Assembly: GCA_963704435.1 (NCBI GenBank)
Contig: OY969902.1
Coordinates: forward strand, 750,001 to 782,000
Source: an uncultured archaeon
Lineage (GTDB): Archaea > Micrarchaeota > Micrarchaeia > Micrarchaeales > CABMGC01
Length of the DNA: 32,000 nucleotides
Direction: 5' to 3'
A program made the translations under genes and the position numbers. Under the pieces are notes generated by a model. The model worked only from the letters and a program-made list of their open reading frames with translations, was not told the origin of the DNA and ran no database searches. Of the stretch, positions 15,381 through 23,548 are shown one piece after another (within the stretch, counting starts at the first letter, position 1; the number at the start of each line of letters is the position of its first letter).

Positions 15381-17186
15381 ATGAAAATCAACCTGCTGTT
15401 ATTGGCAATGCTGTCGCTGGCTGCCCTGGCTGCGGTCTCCAGTGCCTATGTTACGCAGATACACGCGATCGCCGTGCTCCAAGGCGAGGACAAGGGAATG
15501 ATCACTCCGGCGTACCTGAACCTCACTGCTGGCAACGGTGCGATCAAGTTCGTGGGGAACACGACCGTAAACCAGAGCACGCTCCAATCTGCGCAGACTG
15601 CGGTGGGCTACGCCACGTCCTATCTCGGTGTCAATGCGCTGAACTACAATTTCACCTATACGCTGGACACTAACGGAAGCTCGGCCTCGGGGCCCAGTGG
15701 CGGCCTCGCATTCACTCTGCTTGCGATAGCGGCCCTACAGCATAAGCAGCTCGCCCAGAACTTTGCCGTGACTGGGACCATATCGTCCAACGGAGCAGTG
15801 GGGCTGATAGGCGGAGCCTACGACAAGATAGGCGCGGCCAAGGCGGATGGCATCCGCTACGTCATGGTGCCATCTGCGTCCAATTCAAGCTTCGAAGGTC
15901 TGCTCTACTATATGTCGCAGCAGACATTCGGCATACCTGTCTTCGGGATCGGAAACGTGACCCAGGCGCTACCCTATGCGTTCGGTACATCCGTGCCCGG
16001 CCAGATAGGCATCGGGATATACCAGAATTACGGCGTCGGCGCAATGCCCTACGCGAACGTCACGTGCCGCGGATGCAACACGAGCTCCTTCCTGACGCTC
16101 GTCAACGCGACGCAGGCCTTCTCAAAGGGATACGCGGAGAACATTACAGGGAACTTCAGCGCAGCGAAGTCCCAGCTTCTCAACAACCTCGGCGAGTACG
16201 GCGCGATCGAGGGGAAGGGCTACCTCTACACGGCCGCGGACTTCGCTTTCCTCGACTTCGTCAAGGCCTTCACGCTGTACAACGCGCACAACCTCAACCC
16301 CGCCGCAGCGGGGTCGGTCGTTTCGAACGTATCGTCATACTGCTCGTCGCTGGTCCCCGCCCCGATGACGAACGCGGACTATGAGTATGTCCTGGGCGGG
16401 AATCTCAGGAGCATGTGGGCGAACACCACGCTGAACCTGTCGAACGAGCTCCTGTCCTCACAGGAGACGACCGACGACCTGTTCCAGAGCGTATATGACG
16501 CGGGGCAGGCGCTCGGATGGTGCAAGGCGGCCAGCCTGCAATACCAGATAGCCTATTCGCTCGGAGGGACGTATGTTGCGGTCTCGCCAAGCCTCAAGCC
16601 CTATGTGACTGGCCTGATGAACAGCGTCAGCGGCTACGGGCCCAACATATACCTCACCTCAGCGGTCCAGGCCTACTCGTCCGGAGACTACGCGACGGCC
16701 CTCTATGCGCTCGAGTACGAGAAGGCTTTCGGCCAGCAGGTGCCTGCGAACCTCACAGACAGCCAGATAGTGAGCTTCGTGTCGAGCAGCGCGTCCAACT
16801 CCACTTTCGGCGTCTGGCCCACCGAGTTCTCCGCTCAGTCGGAGTTCTACCTTAACGAGGCGAACGCCGCCCAGAACGAGAGCGCGCGCCGCGGATACCT
16901 GGACCAGGCGTACTCGACCGCGCTTCTCGCGTCGGGCCTGTCCTCGGCCAACATCAAGCTGTCTAGCTCGCTCATAGCCTCGAACGTCACGTCGCAGGGC
17001 CAGATGGGCCAGCAGCTGCTCATGATCCAGCAGAGCATCTCGCAGATTTACGTGGTGCTGCTCCTGGTGCTCGTGCTGATGTTCGTGATGTTCGTCGCGA
17101 TCCTCGTGCTCGCGCTCAGAAGGCCTGCGGAATCCAAACCCGTGTCGCGCCCCGCTGCGGCCAGGCGCAGGCGAGCGCGAAGATGA
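15381..17186 (+). CDS. Exported, C-terminally membrane-anchored Lon-type (S16) peptidase-domain protein
   Basis: It has a signal peptide (LLLLAMLSLAALAAVSSA). The Lon proteolytic-domain motifs are GPSGGLAFTLLAIAAL (Ser) and GGAYDKIGAAKADGIRYVMVP (Lys). It has about 20 N-x-S/T sequons and a C-terminal TM helix (IYVVLLLVLVLMFVMFVAILVLAL) with an Arg-rich tail. Confidence 0.65.
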   Translation: MKINLLLLAMLSLAALAAVSSAYVTQIHAIAVLQGEDKGMITPAYLNLTAGNGAIKFVGNTTVNQSTLQSAQTAVGYATSYLGVNALNYNFTYTLDTNGSSASGPSGGLAFTLLAIAALQHKQLAQNFAVTGTISSNGAVGLIGGAYDKIGAAKADGIRYVMVPSASNSSFEGLLYYMSQQTFGIPVFGIGNVTQALPYAFGTSVPGQIGIGIYQNYGVGAMPYANVTCRGCNTSSFLTLVNATQAFSKGYAENITGNFSAAKSQLLNNLGEYGAIEGKGYLYTAADFAFLDFVKAFTLYNAHNLNPAAAGSVVSNVSSYCSSLVPAPMTNADYEYVLGGNLRSMWANTTLNLSNELLSSQETTDDLFQSVYDAGQALGWCKAASLQYQIAYSLGGTYVAVSPSLKPYVTGLMNSVSGYGPNIYLTSAVQAYSSGDYATALYALEYEKAFGQQVPANLTDSQIVSFVSSSASNSTFGVWPTEFSAQSEFYLNEANAAQNESARRGYLDQAYSTALLASGLSSANIKLSSSLIASNVTSQGQMGQQLLMIQQSISQIYVVLLLVLVLMFVMFVAILVLALRRPAESKPVSRPAAARRRRARR

Positions 17187-17190
17187 TCCC

Positions 17191-17640
17191 GTGCCGAACG
17201 ACCCCTTCTGCGGAAAGGGAATCCTCTCGGAGGTCTTCCTCGAGACCAGGCACTTCCTAGCGGTGCCCAACATAAGACCCATACTGCCGGGGCACGTAGT
17301 GGTCTTCCCCAAGAGGCACGCCGCGAGCCTGCTCGAGCTGGACGACGAGGAGATGCTGGACATGAGGGAGATGCTCTCGAGGCTCCTGCCCACGCTGCTC
17401 AGGCTGTACGTCTCGGGCTCGTACAACCTGGCCGTGAACCAGGGCGAGAGCGCCGGCATGACGATCGGGCACTTGCACCTGCACGTGCTCCCGAGGCGCG
17501 AGGGCGACTCCTTCCAGGCGGCCGGGCTCAGGGCGCTCTACACCGCGCTGTCCAAGGAGGAGGGCACAGCTCTGGAGCCGAAGGGCTTCGAGGCCGAGCT
17601 CAGGAGGCTGAGGAAGGCCTTCAGATACGTACAAGGATGA
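17191..17640 (+). CDS. HIT-family nucleotide hydrolase/transferase
   Basis: Contains the histidine triad GHLHLHVLPR, the N-terminal C..CG motif, and ILPGHVVVFPKRH. Confidence 0.8.
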   Translation: MPNDPFCGKGILSEVFLETRHFLAVPNIRPILPGHVVVFPKRHAASLLELDDEEMLDMREMLSRLLPTLLRLYVSGSYNLAVNQGESAGMTIGHLHLHVLPRREGDSFQAAGLRALYTALSKEEGTALEPKGFEAELRRLRKAFRYVQG

Positions 17641-18496
17641 GCGGCGCGAGGAGTATCGCGAAGACCGCGAACGCCATGGCCGCGAGGGTCGCGTTCCTCG
17701 CCGTGTCGTAGAATTCCCTGGTGCTCTTGCGGAGGTAGCCCGCGCCGTAGTAGAACAGCAGCGCGTCGCTGACCAGCACCATGACGCCGTATACCGCATT
17801 GGCCTTGAACGGCGCGATGGAGACGAACAGGTAGGCGCTTATCGCTATCGCGACGACGTACAGCGCAAGCGCCACCCAAGCGGCAGATTCCGTCCCTATG
17901 GCCTTCGGCAGCGTCCTCGCGTTCCTGACCTTCACGTCTCCTGAGTAGTCCCTGATTGTGCCGTGAATCTCCCTTCCGAGCCCGCTCAGGAATACCATCA
18001 CGCATATGGGCGCGATCGCAGGCGCGAGCGTGGTGCTGACCACGTAGTCCCCGAAGATGAAGGGTATGGCCATGGTGAATGCGATGTAGACGTTCCCTAC
18101 CAGCAGCACCTCCTTGAGCCGGTAGCTGTAGGCTATGGCGAGCAGCGCGAACGCGAGCGCGATCCAGAACGCGTACGGGTTTATGAACGCGCTGGCGGCC
18201 ACGCCTATCGCGAAGGACAGTGCGGAGATCCCAGCCGCCTCGGCCGGCTTCAGCGAGCCGTTTACAAGCGGCCTGTCGCGCCTCTTGTTTAGCTTATCGA
18301 CATCGATATCGAAGTAGTCGTTGAGCGCGAACGAGCCCATGCTTATGAATATGGGGGCGACCAGGCTCATCGCCAGCGCAAAAGGGCCAGGCAAGCTGCC
18401 TGTCTTGGCCAGCAGCTCAGCGGCGACTACCGCCACAACGAGCATCGCGCTGTGCTCTATCCTGGTCAGCTTGAGTACGGCCGCCGCCCTGTTCAT
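17621..18496 (-). CDS. UbiA-family prenyltransferase, probable digeranylgeranylglyceryl phosphate synthase
   Basis: Contains NDYFDIDVDKLNKRRDRPLVNG (NDxxDxxxD) and 8-9 hydrophobic helices over 291 aa. The 3' end overlaps the HIT gene by 20 nt in convergent orientation. Confidence 0.75.
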   Translation of the reverse strand: MNRAAAVLKLTRIEHSAMLVVAVVAAELLAKTGSLPGPFALAMSLVAPIFISMGSFALNDYFDIDVDKLNKRRDRPLVNGSLKPAEAAGISALSFAIGVAASAFINPYAFWIALAFALLAIAYSYRLKEVLLVGNVYIAFTMAIPFIFGDYVVSTTLAPAIAPICVMVFLSGLGREIHGTIRDYSGDVKVRNARTLPKAIGTESAAWVALALYVVAIAISAYLFVSIAPFKANAVYGVMVLVSDALLFYYGAGYLRKSTREFYDTARNATLAAMAFAVFAILLAPLILVRI

Positions 18497-18519
18497 GCTT
18501 TCCTGTTTGCGCGTAAAGG

Positions 18520-18526
18520 TATAAAA
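18520..18526 (-). promoter_or_regulatory. TATA box for the ubiA-family gene
   Basis: TTTTATA on the minus strand lies 23 nt upstream of the ATG at 18496. It sits between the gene and the IS copy B end. Confidence 0.5.
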
Positions 18527-18538
18527 GCGCCGATGGGC

Positions 18539-18546
18539 CTAGTCCA
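18539..18546. repeat. Target-site duplication of IS copy B (left)
   Basis: CTAGTCCA is repeated at 19606-19613. Confidence 0.75.
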
Positions 18547-19605
18547 TAGGGAGTTGACATTTACATTCAGTCACCTCGTCAAATACAAACCCCTTCACAT
18601 CACGTATTCGATCAGGTTTGCGAGGAGGCAGGAAAACACGTGAATCCTGACCTTCTTTATGCCAACGAACCTGTTCTTTGCAAGCCCGAACAGCTCCTTC
18701 AACCTTGCAAAGAGGTGTTCGACGGCCCACCTCTTCCCATACTCCGGATCCTTCGGGTTCTCTGTTTTCAGATACTTGTTGCCGCTTCTCGGGATTACTG
18801 GAGTTAGGCCATCGTCGCGCAACTGCATCCTTATCGCTGATGCGTGGTACTGTGCATCCGCAATGTATTTTGACTGATACTGCAGTTGAAAGGTCTTCTT
18901 TACTCTGTCGTACAGCGGCCAGAACATCTTCTTGTCGTTTGTGTTCGCAGGTATGACCTCAATTGCAAGTGGCGTTTCCGTCTCGGCTTCTACGATTACA
19001 TGTGGTTTATAACCGAAGAACAGTTCTTTCCCATTGCCGAGGTTTTGCATCAGTTGTTCTTTCCTTGACGGAGTTCTGTGCCCCCACCTCGCATCGCCGT
19101 CCTTGCGCGAATATGCGAAGACGTCGGTACTGTCCTGCACGATAAGTCGCAGTTGCCTTGATTTCATCCGGTCCTGCACTATCCAGTTGTGCAGTTCCGC
19201 AAACATCTCCGCATCCGACCGTTCCCGCACCTTCGAGAAGGTCGACGGATGCGGCTTCCTCGTGTAACCAAGGATCTTTCCTATCGGGTCCCTGACTAGG
19301 AACTCCGCGAGTCTTACGTCGGTAAGATTCTCATGTTGCCTTATCGCAAAGGCGACAAGATGCTTCGCAAACTTCCTCGTATGCCCGAACTTCTGCACGA
19401 TCACCTTAGCCGCAGCCCAAACTTCTATTATTTTATTCTTTAGTTCATAGATTTCCATTGTCTTCAACTCCTGGCAAGGCGGTCGATACACTGACGTATC
19501 GGCCGTCCAGGAGACTCACGACCTTATTTTCCCGACGATAAAAAGAGAAGAGAAAACCCCCGAAATCATATTGGGTGCAAAGACTTAAAATTTGTCAAGT
19601 CCCTA
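18547..19605 (-). mobile_element. Insertion sequence copy B (same element as 2962..4020, inverted)
   Basis: It has the same 1,059-bp length and the same termini as copy A. All internal ORF translations are identical to copy A. It is flanked by the 8-bp direct repeat CTAGTCCA (18539-18546 and 19606-19613). Confidence 0.9.
18595..19458 (-). CDS. DDE transposase (IS4/IS5-type), identical to the copy A protein
   Basis: The 298-aa track translation is identical to 3076..3972. The start is set at the ATG equivalent to 3109. Confidence 0.85.
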   Translation of the reverse strand: MEIYELKNKIIEVWAAAKVIVQKFGHTRKFAKHLVAFAIRQHENLTDVRLAEFLVRDPIGKILGYTRKPHPSTFSKVRERSDAEMFAELHNWIVQDRMKSRQLRLIVQDSTDVFAYSRKDGDARWGHRTPSRKEQLMQNLGNGKELFFGYKPHVIVEAETETPLAIEVIPANTNDKKMFWPLYDRVKKTFQLQYQSKYIADAQYHASAIRMQLRDDGLTPVIPRSGNKYLKTENPKDPEYGKRWAVEHLFARLKELFGLAKNRFVGIKKVRIHVFSCLLANLIEYVM

Positions 19606-19613
19606 CTAGTCCA
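19606..19613. repeat. Target-site duplication of IS copy B (right); contains the stop codon of the adjacent gene
   Basis: CTAGTCCA is repeated at 18539-18546. CTA is the reverse complement of the TAG stop of ORF 19606..20118. Confidence 0.75.
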
Positions 19614-20118
19614 GCGCCGCGCCGCAGCTGGCGCAATACTTCGCGCCCCTGGCCACCTTAGCGCCGCAGTGCGGGCAGAACTTGTTGGATCCGTCGCGGT
19701 CTCCTCCGGCATCCGCCGGCGCGCCGTCCCGCTCCCCCGATATCTTCTTCTCTATGAAGTTGGCCAGCGCGGATGCGTCGTCCCCGTCCAGGCCATCGAT
19801 CTCACCCTCGTCCTTTCCCGTCTTGAGCACCCCCTGCCCGGTATCGTAGCCCTGCAGGCGAATAAGCACAGAAGAGGAGACCATTCCGTGCTGGAGCCTG
19901 ACGCTCACTATCTGCTTGTAGGGGACGACCTCGTAGTCCTTCCTGAGCCCCATGGCCCCCCTGCTCGCGAGTATCATCCTCTTGTTGGTGCCCACGATCT
20001 TCATCGGATCCACCACCGACCCGCCGGGAGCGAACCTCTTCTGCTTCACCAGTATCTCCACGACTTCGTCGGGCCATAGCATGCCCTTCAGCTCGCTCGC
20101 GTCCTTTTCCGAAGGCAT
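19606..20118 (-). CDS. PH-like (bPH/DUF304-like) domain protein with C-terminal zinc ribbon, paralogue 1
   Basis: Contains LWPDE..VKQKRFAPGG, TNKRMILASRGAMGLRKDYEVVPY and VRLQHGMVSSSVLIRL, and ends in CPHCG-x9-CASCG. The ATG at 20118 has a TTTTAAAA box 27 nt upstream. The track's TTG at 20223 would overlap the upstream gene. Confidence 0.6.
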   Translation of the reverse strand: MPSEKDASELKGMLWPDEVVEILVKQKRFAPGGSVVDPMKIVGTNKRMILASRGAMGLRKDYEVVPYKQIVSVRLQHGMVSSSVLIRLQGYDTGQGVLKTGKDEGEIDGLDGDDASALANFIEKKISGERDGAPADAGGDRDGSNKFCPHCGAKVARGAKYCASCGAALD

Positions 20119-20201
20119 AAAACCGTAGATAGATGGGCTGCAGGATTTTAAAATGGTTGGTCTTGAAGGAGTGCCGTGCAGGCCCTTAGCCGGCCCATCC
20201 G

Positions 20202-20699
20202 CTATTCCAGAGGGATTCCGCAATTTGCGCAGCTCTCAGCGCCCTTGGGATTCCTGGCCCCGCAGCGCGGGCAGTACTGATAGATGCCCTTCTCGCCCTT
20301 CTCAGTGCTCCTGACCTTCTTGTTTATGAAGTCCATGAGGATCTTGGCGTCGCGGAACCTCAGCCCGTTGACCTCGCCCTCTTCCCTCTCGGTCGTGAGG
20401 AACCCCCGTCCCGTATCCCCTCCGAAAAGGCGCAAAATCACCGACGATGAGAATATGCCCCGCTCCAGCCTCACGTGCACTACCTTCGCGTACGTTATTA
20501 TCTCGTAGTCCTTCCTCAGTCCGAGCGCGGACCTGTTAATGATGATTATCCTCTCGTTGGTGCAGATGACCGAAGTCGGATTTATCGGGGCGCCTCCGGG
20601 CCCGACCCTCTTCTGCTTAACGGTGAGCTCCGCCCCCTCGTGGGGCCAGAGGAGGTGCGCTACCTTCCCTACCTCTACCTGGTCGATGGCCATGGACAT
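20202..20699 (-). CDS. PH-like (bPH/DUF304-like) domain protein with C-terminal zinc ribbon, paralogue 2
   Basis: About half of aligned residues are identical to paralogue 1 by eye. It ends in CPRCG-x9-CANCG. Confidence 0.6.
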   Translation of the reverse strand: MSMAIDQVEVGKVAHLLWPHEGAELTVKQKRVGPGGAPINPTSVICTNERIIIINRSALGLRKDYEIITYAKVVHVRLERGIFSSSVILRLFGGDTGRGFLTTEREEGEVNGLRFRDAKILMDFINKKVRSTEKGEKGIYQYCPRCGARNPKGAESCANCGIPLE

Positions 20700-20774
20700 A
20701 GCTGCGCGGGTGATTCTTAAAAACCTTGCAGGAGCCCGCGATCGGACCGCCGCCGCGGGAAGATTGCGAAAGGT

Positions 20775-20784
20775 AATATAAATT
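20775..20784 (+). promoter_or_regulatory. TATA box for tRNA-Ile
   Basis: AATATAAATT ends 21 nt upstream of tRNA position 1. Confidence 0.5.
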
Positions 20785-20805
20785 GAGCCTCAAATACCCC
20801 CGTAA

Positions 20806-20880
20806 GGGTCCGTAGCTCAGCTTGGTTAGAGCGTCCGACTGATAATCGGGAGGTCCGGAGTTCAAATCTCCGCGGGCCCA
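20806..20880 (+). tRNA. tRNA-Ile(GAU), intron-less
   Basis: I folded it by hand. The acceptor stem is GGGTCCG/CGGGCCC with one G-U pair. The D arm is GCTC/GAGC. The anticodon arm is TCCGA-CTGATAA-TCGGG. The T arm is CGGAG-TTCAAAT-CTCCG. The discriminator is A and no CCA is encoded. Confidence 0.85.
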
Positions 20881-20956
20881 TCATATGGCGCTTGGCGTGC
20901 TAGTTAGTGGGTATTAAAAAGTTGAGTTTGGTTCATTTAGGTGTGCGGGTTGTCAA

Positions 20957-21574
20957 ATGAAGCGGTACACTTTGGATGAGGGGAGGCGGCTGGTGAAGGC
21001 CGCAAGGAATGCGATAGAGATATTCGTAACCACCGCCAACTTCAGGCCTGAGGCCGTCGAGTCCACGCTAAGCGGCTTCGACTCGAAGCACGGAGTCTTC
21101 GTTACGCTGTACCACTATCCTACGAGGACGCTCAGGGGCTGCATAGGGTTCACCGAGGGGGTAAAGCCCATAAAGAAGCTGATTGTCGACGCCGCAATCG
21201 CGGCTGCAGCGGAGGATCCGCGATTCATTCCCATAATGGAGCCTGAGCTCGATCGCCTTACGGTTGAGGTCAGCATCCTGAGCGACGCAGAGAGGATGCG
21301 CGGAGAAGGAGAAGCGCTGAAGAACCAGATTCGAATAGGGACAGACGGCCTGATAATTGAGTATGGATACCACAGGGGCCTTCTTCTCCCGATAGTTCCC
21401 GTCGAGCAGAAATGGAGCGCTGAAGAATTCCTTAACAACCTGTGCGAGAAGGCGGGCATGCGGCCGCATATGTGGAGGCAGCATGGCGTCTCCCTGTTCA
21501 GGTTTTCGACGCAGGTGTTTGCGGAGAAGGAGCCGCGCGGAATGGTCGAGGAGGAAAAGCCTGCGGAATCCTGA
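20957..21574 (+). CDS. AMMECR1-domain protein
   Basis: Contains HGVFVTLYHYPTRTLRGCIGF, AAAEDPRF, LTVEVSILS and GLLLP. Length is 205 aa. Confidence 0.8.
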   Translation: MKRYTLDEGRRLVKAARNAIEIFVTTANFRPEAVESTLSGFDSKHGVFVTLYHYPTRTLRGCIGFTEGVKPIKKLIVDAAIAAAAEDPRFIPIMEPELDRLTVEVSILSDAERMRGEGEALKNQIRIGTDGLIIEYGYHRGLLLPIVPVEQKWSAEEFLNNLCEKAGMRPHMWRQHGVSLFRFSTQVFAEKEPRGMVEEEKPAES

Positions 21575-21584
21575 TGCAGATGCT

Positions 21585-22514
21585 TTACTGGTTGTTCGAC
21601 AGATAGGTCCTTGCCTCGATTGCAGCCTTGACACCGCTCGCGCTCGCGGTCGAAGCCTGCCTGTAGATCCTGTCCGCCACGTCCCCCGCGACGAACACCC
21701 CTGCAACGCTGGTCCTTACTGAGTCTTTGATCGCCACATATCCCTGGTCGTCGAGGTCCAGCTGGCCCTCGAATATCTTTGTGCTGGGGACATACCCAAT
21801 CGCCACGAAGACGCCGTCTATCGGCATCTCATTCTTCTCATTAGTCACGAGATTCTTCAGCACTACAGAAGTGACGCATATCCCATTGCCGCGTATCTCG
21901 TCAACGGCGCTGGTCCATATGACCTTTATCTTCTTGTTGGCAAGCACCCTGTTCTGAAGTATCTTGCTGGCCCTGAAGCTGTCGCGCCTGTGCACGATCG
22001 TGACCTCGTTCGCGAACCGGGTCAGGAAGTCGGAGTCTTCCATGGCCGTGTCGCCTCCGCCAACCACGATGACTTTCTTTCCCTTATAAAAACTTCCATC
22101 GCAAGTCGCGCAGGTAGACACGCCCTTACCTATGTATTTCCGCTCGGATTCGATGCCGAGCGTCCTGTACGTCGCGCCCGTGGCGATTATTACCGAGTCC
22201 GCCTCGTACGCCTTGCCCTCGGCCACGACCTTCAAGGGCCTGGACTTGAAGTCGACGCTCTCCACGTCCACGTCCTCAAACCTCGCGCCGAACTTCAGGG
22301 CCTGCTTCCTCATCCGGTCGATCAGCTCGTATCCCTGCACTCCGTCAGGAAAGCCCGGCATATTCTCCACGGTGGTCGTAAGCAGGAGCTGGCCACCAGG
22401 GTTCGATCCACCCAGCACCAGGGGAGAGAATCCCTCCCTCGCGGTATAAATCGCCGCAGACAGGCCAGCAGGACCGGCCCCGATGATTATGACTTTCTCT
22501 GCCATACTGAGCAC
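21585..22514 (-). CDS. trxB: Thioredoxin-disulfide reductase
   Basis: Contains IIGAGPAGLSAAIYTARE, the redox centre CATCDG, GGGDTAMEDSDFL, HRRDSFRA and GVFVAGDV. Confidence 0.9.
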   Translation of the reverse strand: MLSMAEKVIIIGAGPAGLSAAIYTAREGFSPLVLGGSNPGGQLLLTTTVENMPGFPDGVQGYELIDRMRKQALKFGARFEDVDVESVDFKSRPLKVVAEGKAYEADSVIIATGATYRTLGIESERKYIGKGVSTCATCDGSFYKGKKVIVVGGGDTAMEDSDFLTRFANEVTIVHRRDSFRASKILQNRVLANKKIKVIWTSAVDEIRGNGICVTSVVLKNLVTNEKNEMPIDGVFVAIGYVPSTKIFEGQLDLDDQGYVAIKDSVRTSVAGVFVAGDVADRIYRQASTASASGVKAAIEARTYLSNNQ

Positions 22515-22574
22515 AAACTATCTATGCGCAATAACATTTAATAGCTTTGAATCAGTCACTTACGCGGCGACCTG

Positions 22575-23543
22575 ATGACACTTGCTTTCGGCGACTACAG
22601 GGTGGCTCTGGACTCGAGCGACACGAGCGCGAACATCAGTTTCGTATCGCACGCGCATACCGACCACATGTCTGGAATAAGGAAGAACAGGAAGGTGCTC
22701 GCGAGCGGCGCGACGAAGGACCTGATAGAGAACCGGAGCGGCCTGAGCGTAGAGCTCGCGGAAGAGCTCGACTGCGTAGAGCTGCTGAGCGCGGGGCACA
22801 TACTCGGCTCAAGGCAGCTGTATGTGGAGAATGAGCTTCACGGCTATTCCGTGGTCTACAGCGGCGATTACCAGATGTCCGAGCCTGTGCTCGGCGAGAA
22901 GATAGAGACGAAGGAGGCTGACGTTCTGATAATGGACTCAACGTACCCGGACCCGAACATCGTGTTCGACGACAGGAATGAGGTAATAACCGCAATACAG
23001 CATTACGCGAGGATGAAGCTCGATAGGGGGATCGTGCTCTTCGGCGCGCCCATCATCGGGAGGGCGCAGGAACTGGTCCGCATACTCAACGAGGCGGGAA
23101 TAACGCCTCTCGTCGACGGGAGGATAGGCGGCGCCAACGCAGTTTACGAGAGGCATGGGATAGGCCTGTCCTACTCTCAGGCGGACCTCTCGGGAATCGA
23201 ACTCAGGGGAAGGGAGAACTTCGTGGCCGTGGTCGAGCAGTCGAAGCTCGACCAGCTGAAGGCGAAGCTCTCTGCAGGAGGGCAGCGTCGCGTCTTCACT
23301 GCGGTCGCGACCGGACTCGCGCGGTCCTTCTCCTTCGGTACCGATGTGCAGTTCGCGCTGAGCGACCACGCGGATTTCAGGCAGGCGCTCGAGTACATTT
23401 GCGCTTGCAGTCCGCGGCTTATACTGACCGTGGGCAGGAATTCGAGGACGTTCGCCAAGAATCTTGTTGGAGTGGGCTACAGCGCACGTCCCGTCACGAA
23501 CAGGTCCCAGATAAGCAGCGTCATGCAGATGGCGGATGGCTAG
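22575..23543 (+). CDS. Metallo-beta-lactamase-fold hydrolase, beta-CASP-like small nuclease type
   Basis: Contains the HxHxDH motif FVSHAHTDHMSG and YSGDY, DSTY and LSDHADF...L motifs. Length is 322 aa. Confidence 0.65.
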   Translation: MTLAFGDYRVALDSSDTSANISFVSHAHTDHMSGIRKNRKVLASGATKDLIENRSGLSVELAEELDCVELLSAGHILGSRQLYVENELHGYSVVYSGDYQMSEPVLGEKIETKEADVLIMDSTYPDPNIVFDDRNEVITAIQHYARMKLDRGIVLFGAPIIGRAQELVRILNEAGITPLVDGRIGGANAVYERHGIGLSYSQADLSGIELRGRENFVAVVEQSKLDQLKAKLSAGGQRRVFTAVATGLARSFSFGTDVQFALSDHADFRQALEYICACSPRLILTVGRNSRTFAKNLVGVGYSARPVTNRSQISSVMQMADG

Positions 23544-23548
23544 GTGCG

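Noticed and set aside
2962-19605. Reading the two IS copies plus the intervening 14.5 kb as a composite transposon or a completed inversion
   Set aside because: Each copy has its own matching target duplication (ATTACAT/ATTACAT and CTAGTCCA/CTAGTCCA). This fits two independent simple insertions and excludes a fixed inversion between them. The interior is core housekeeping DNA of backbone composition.
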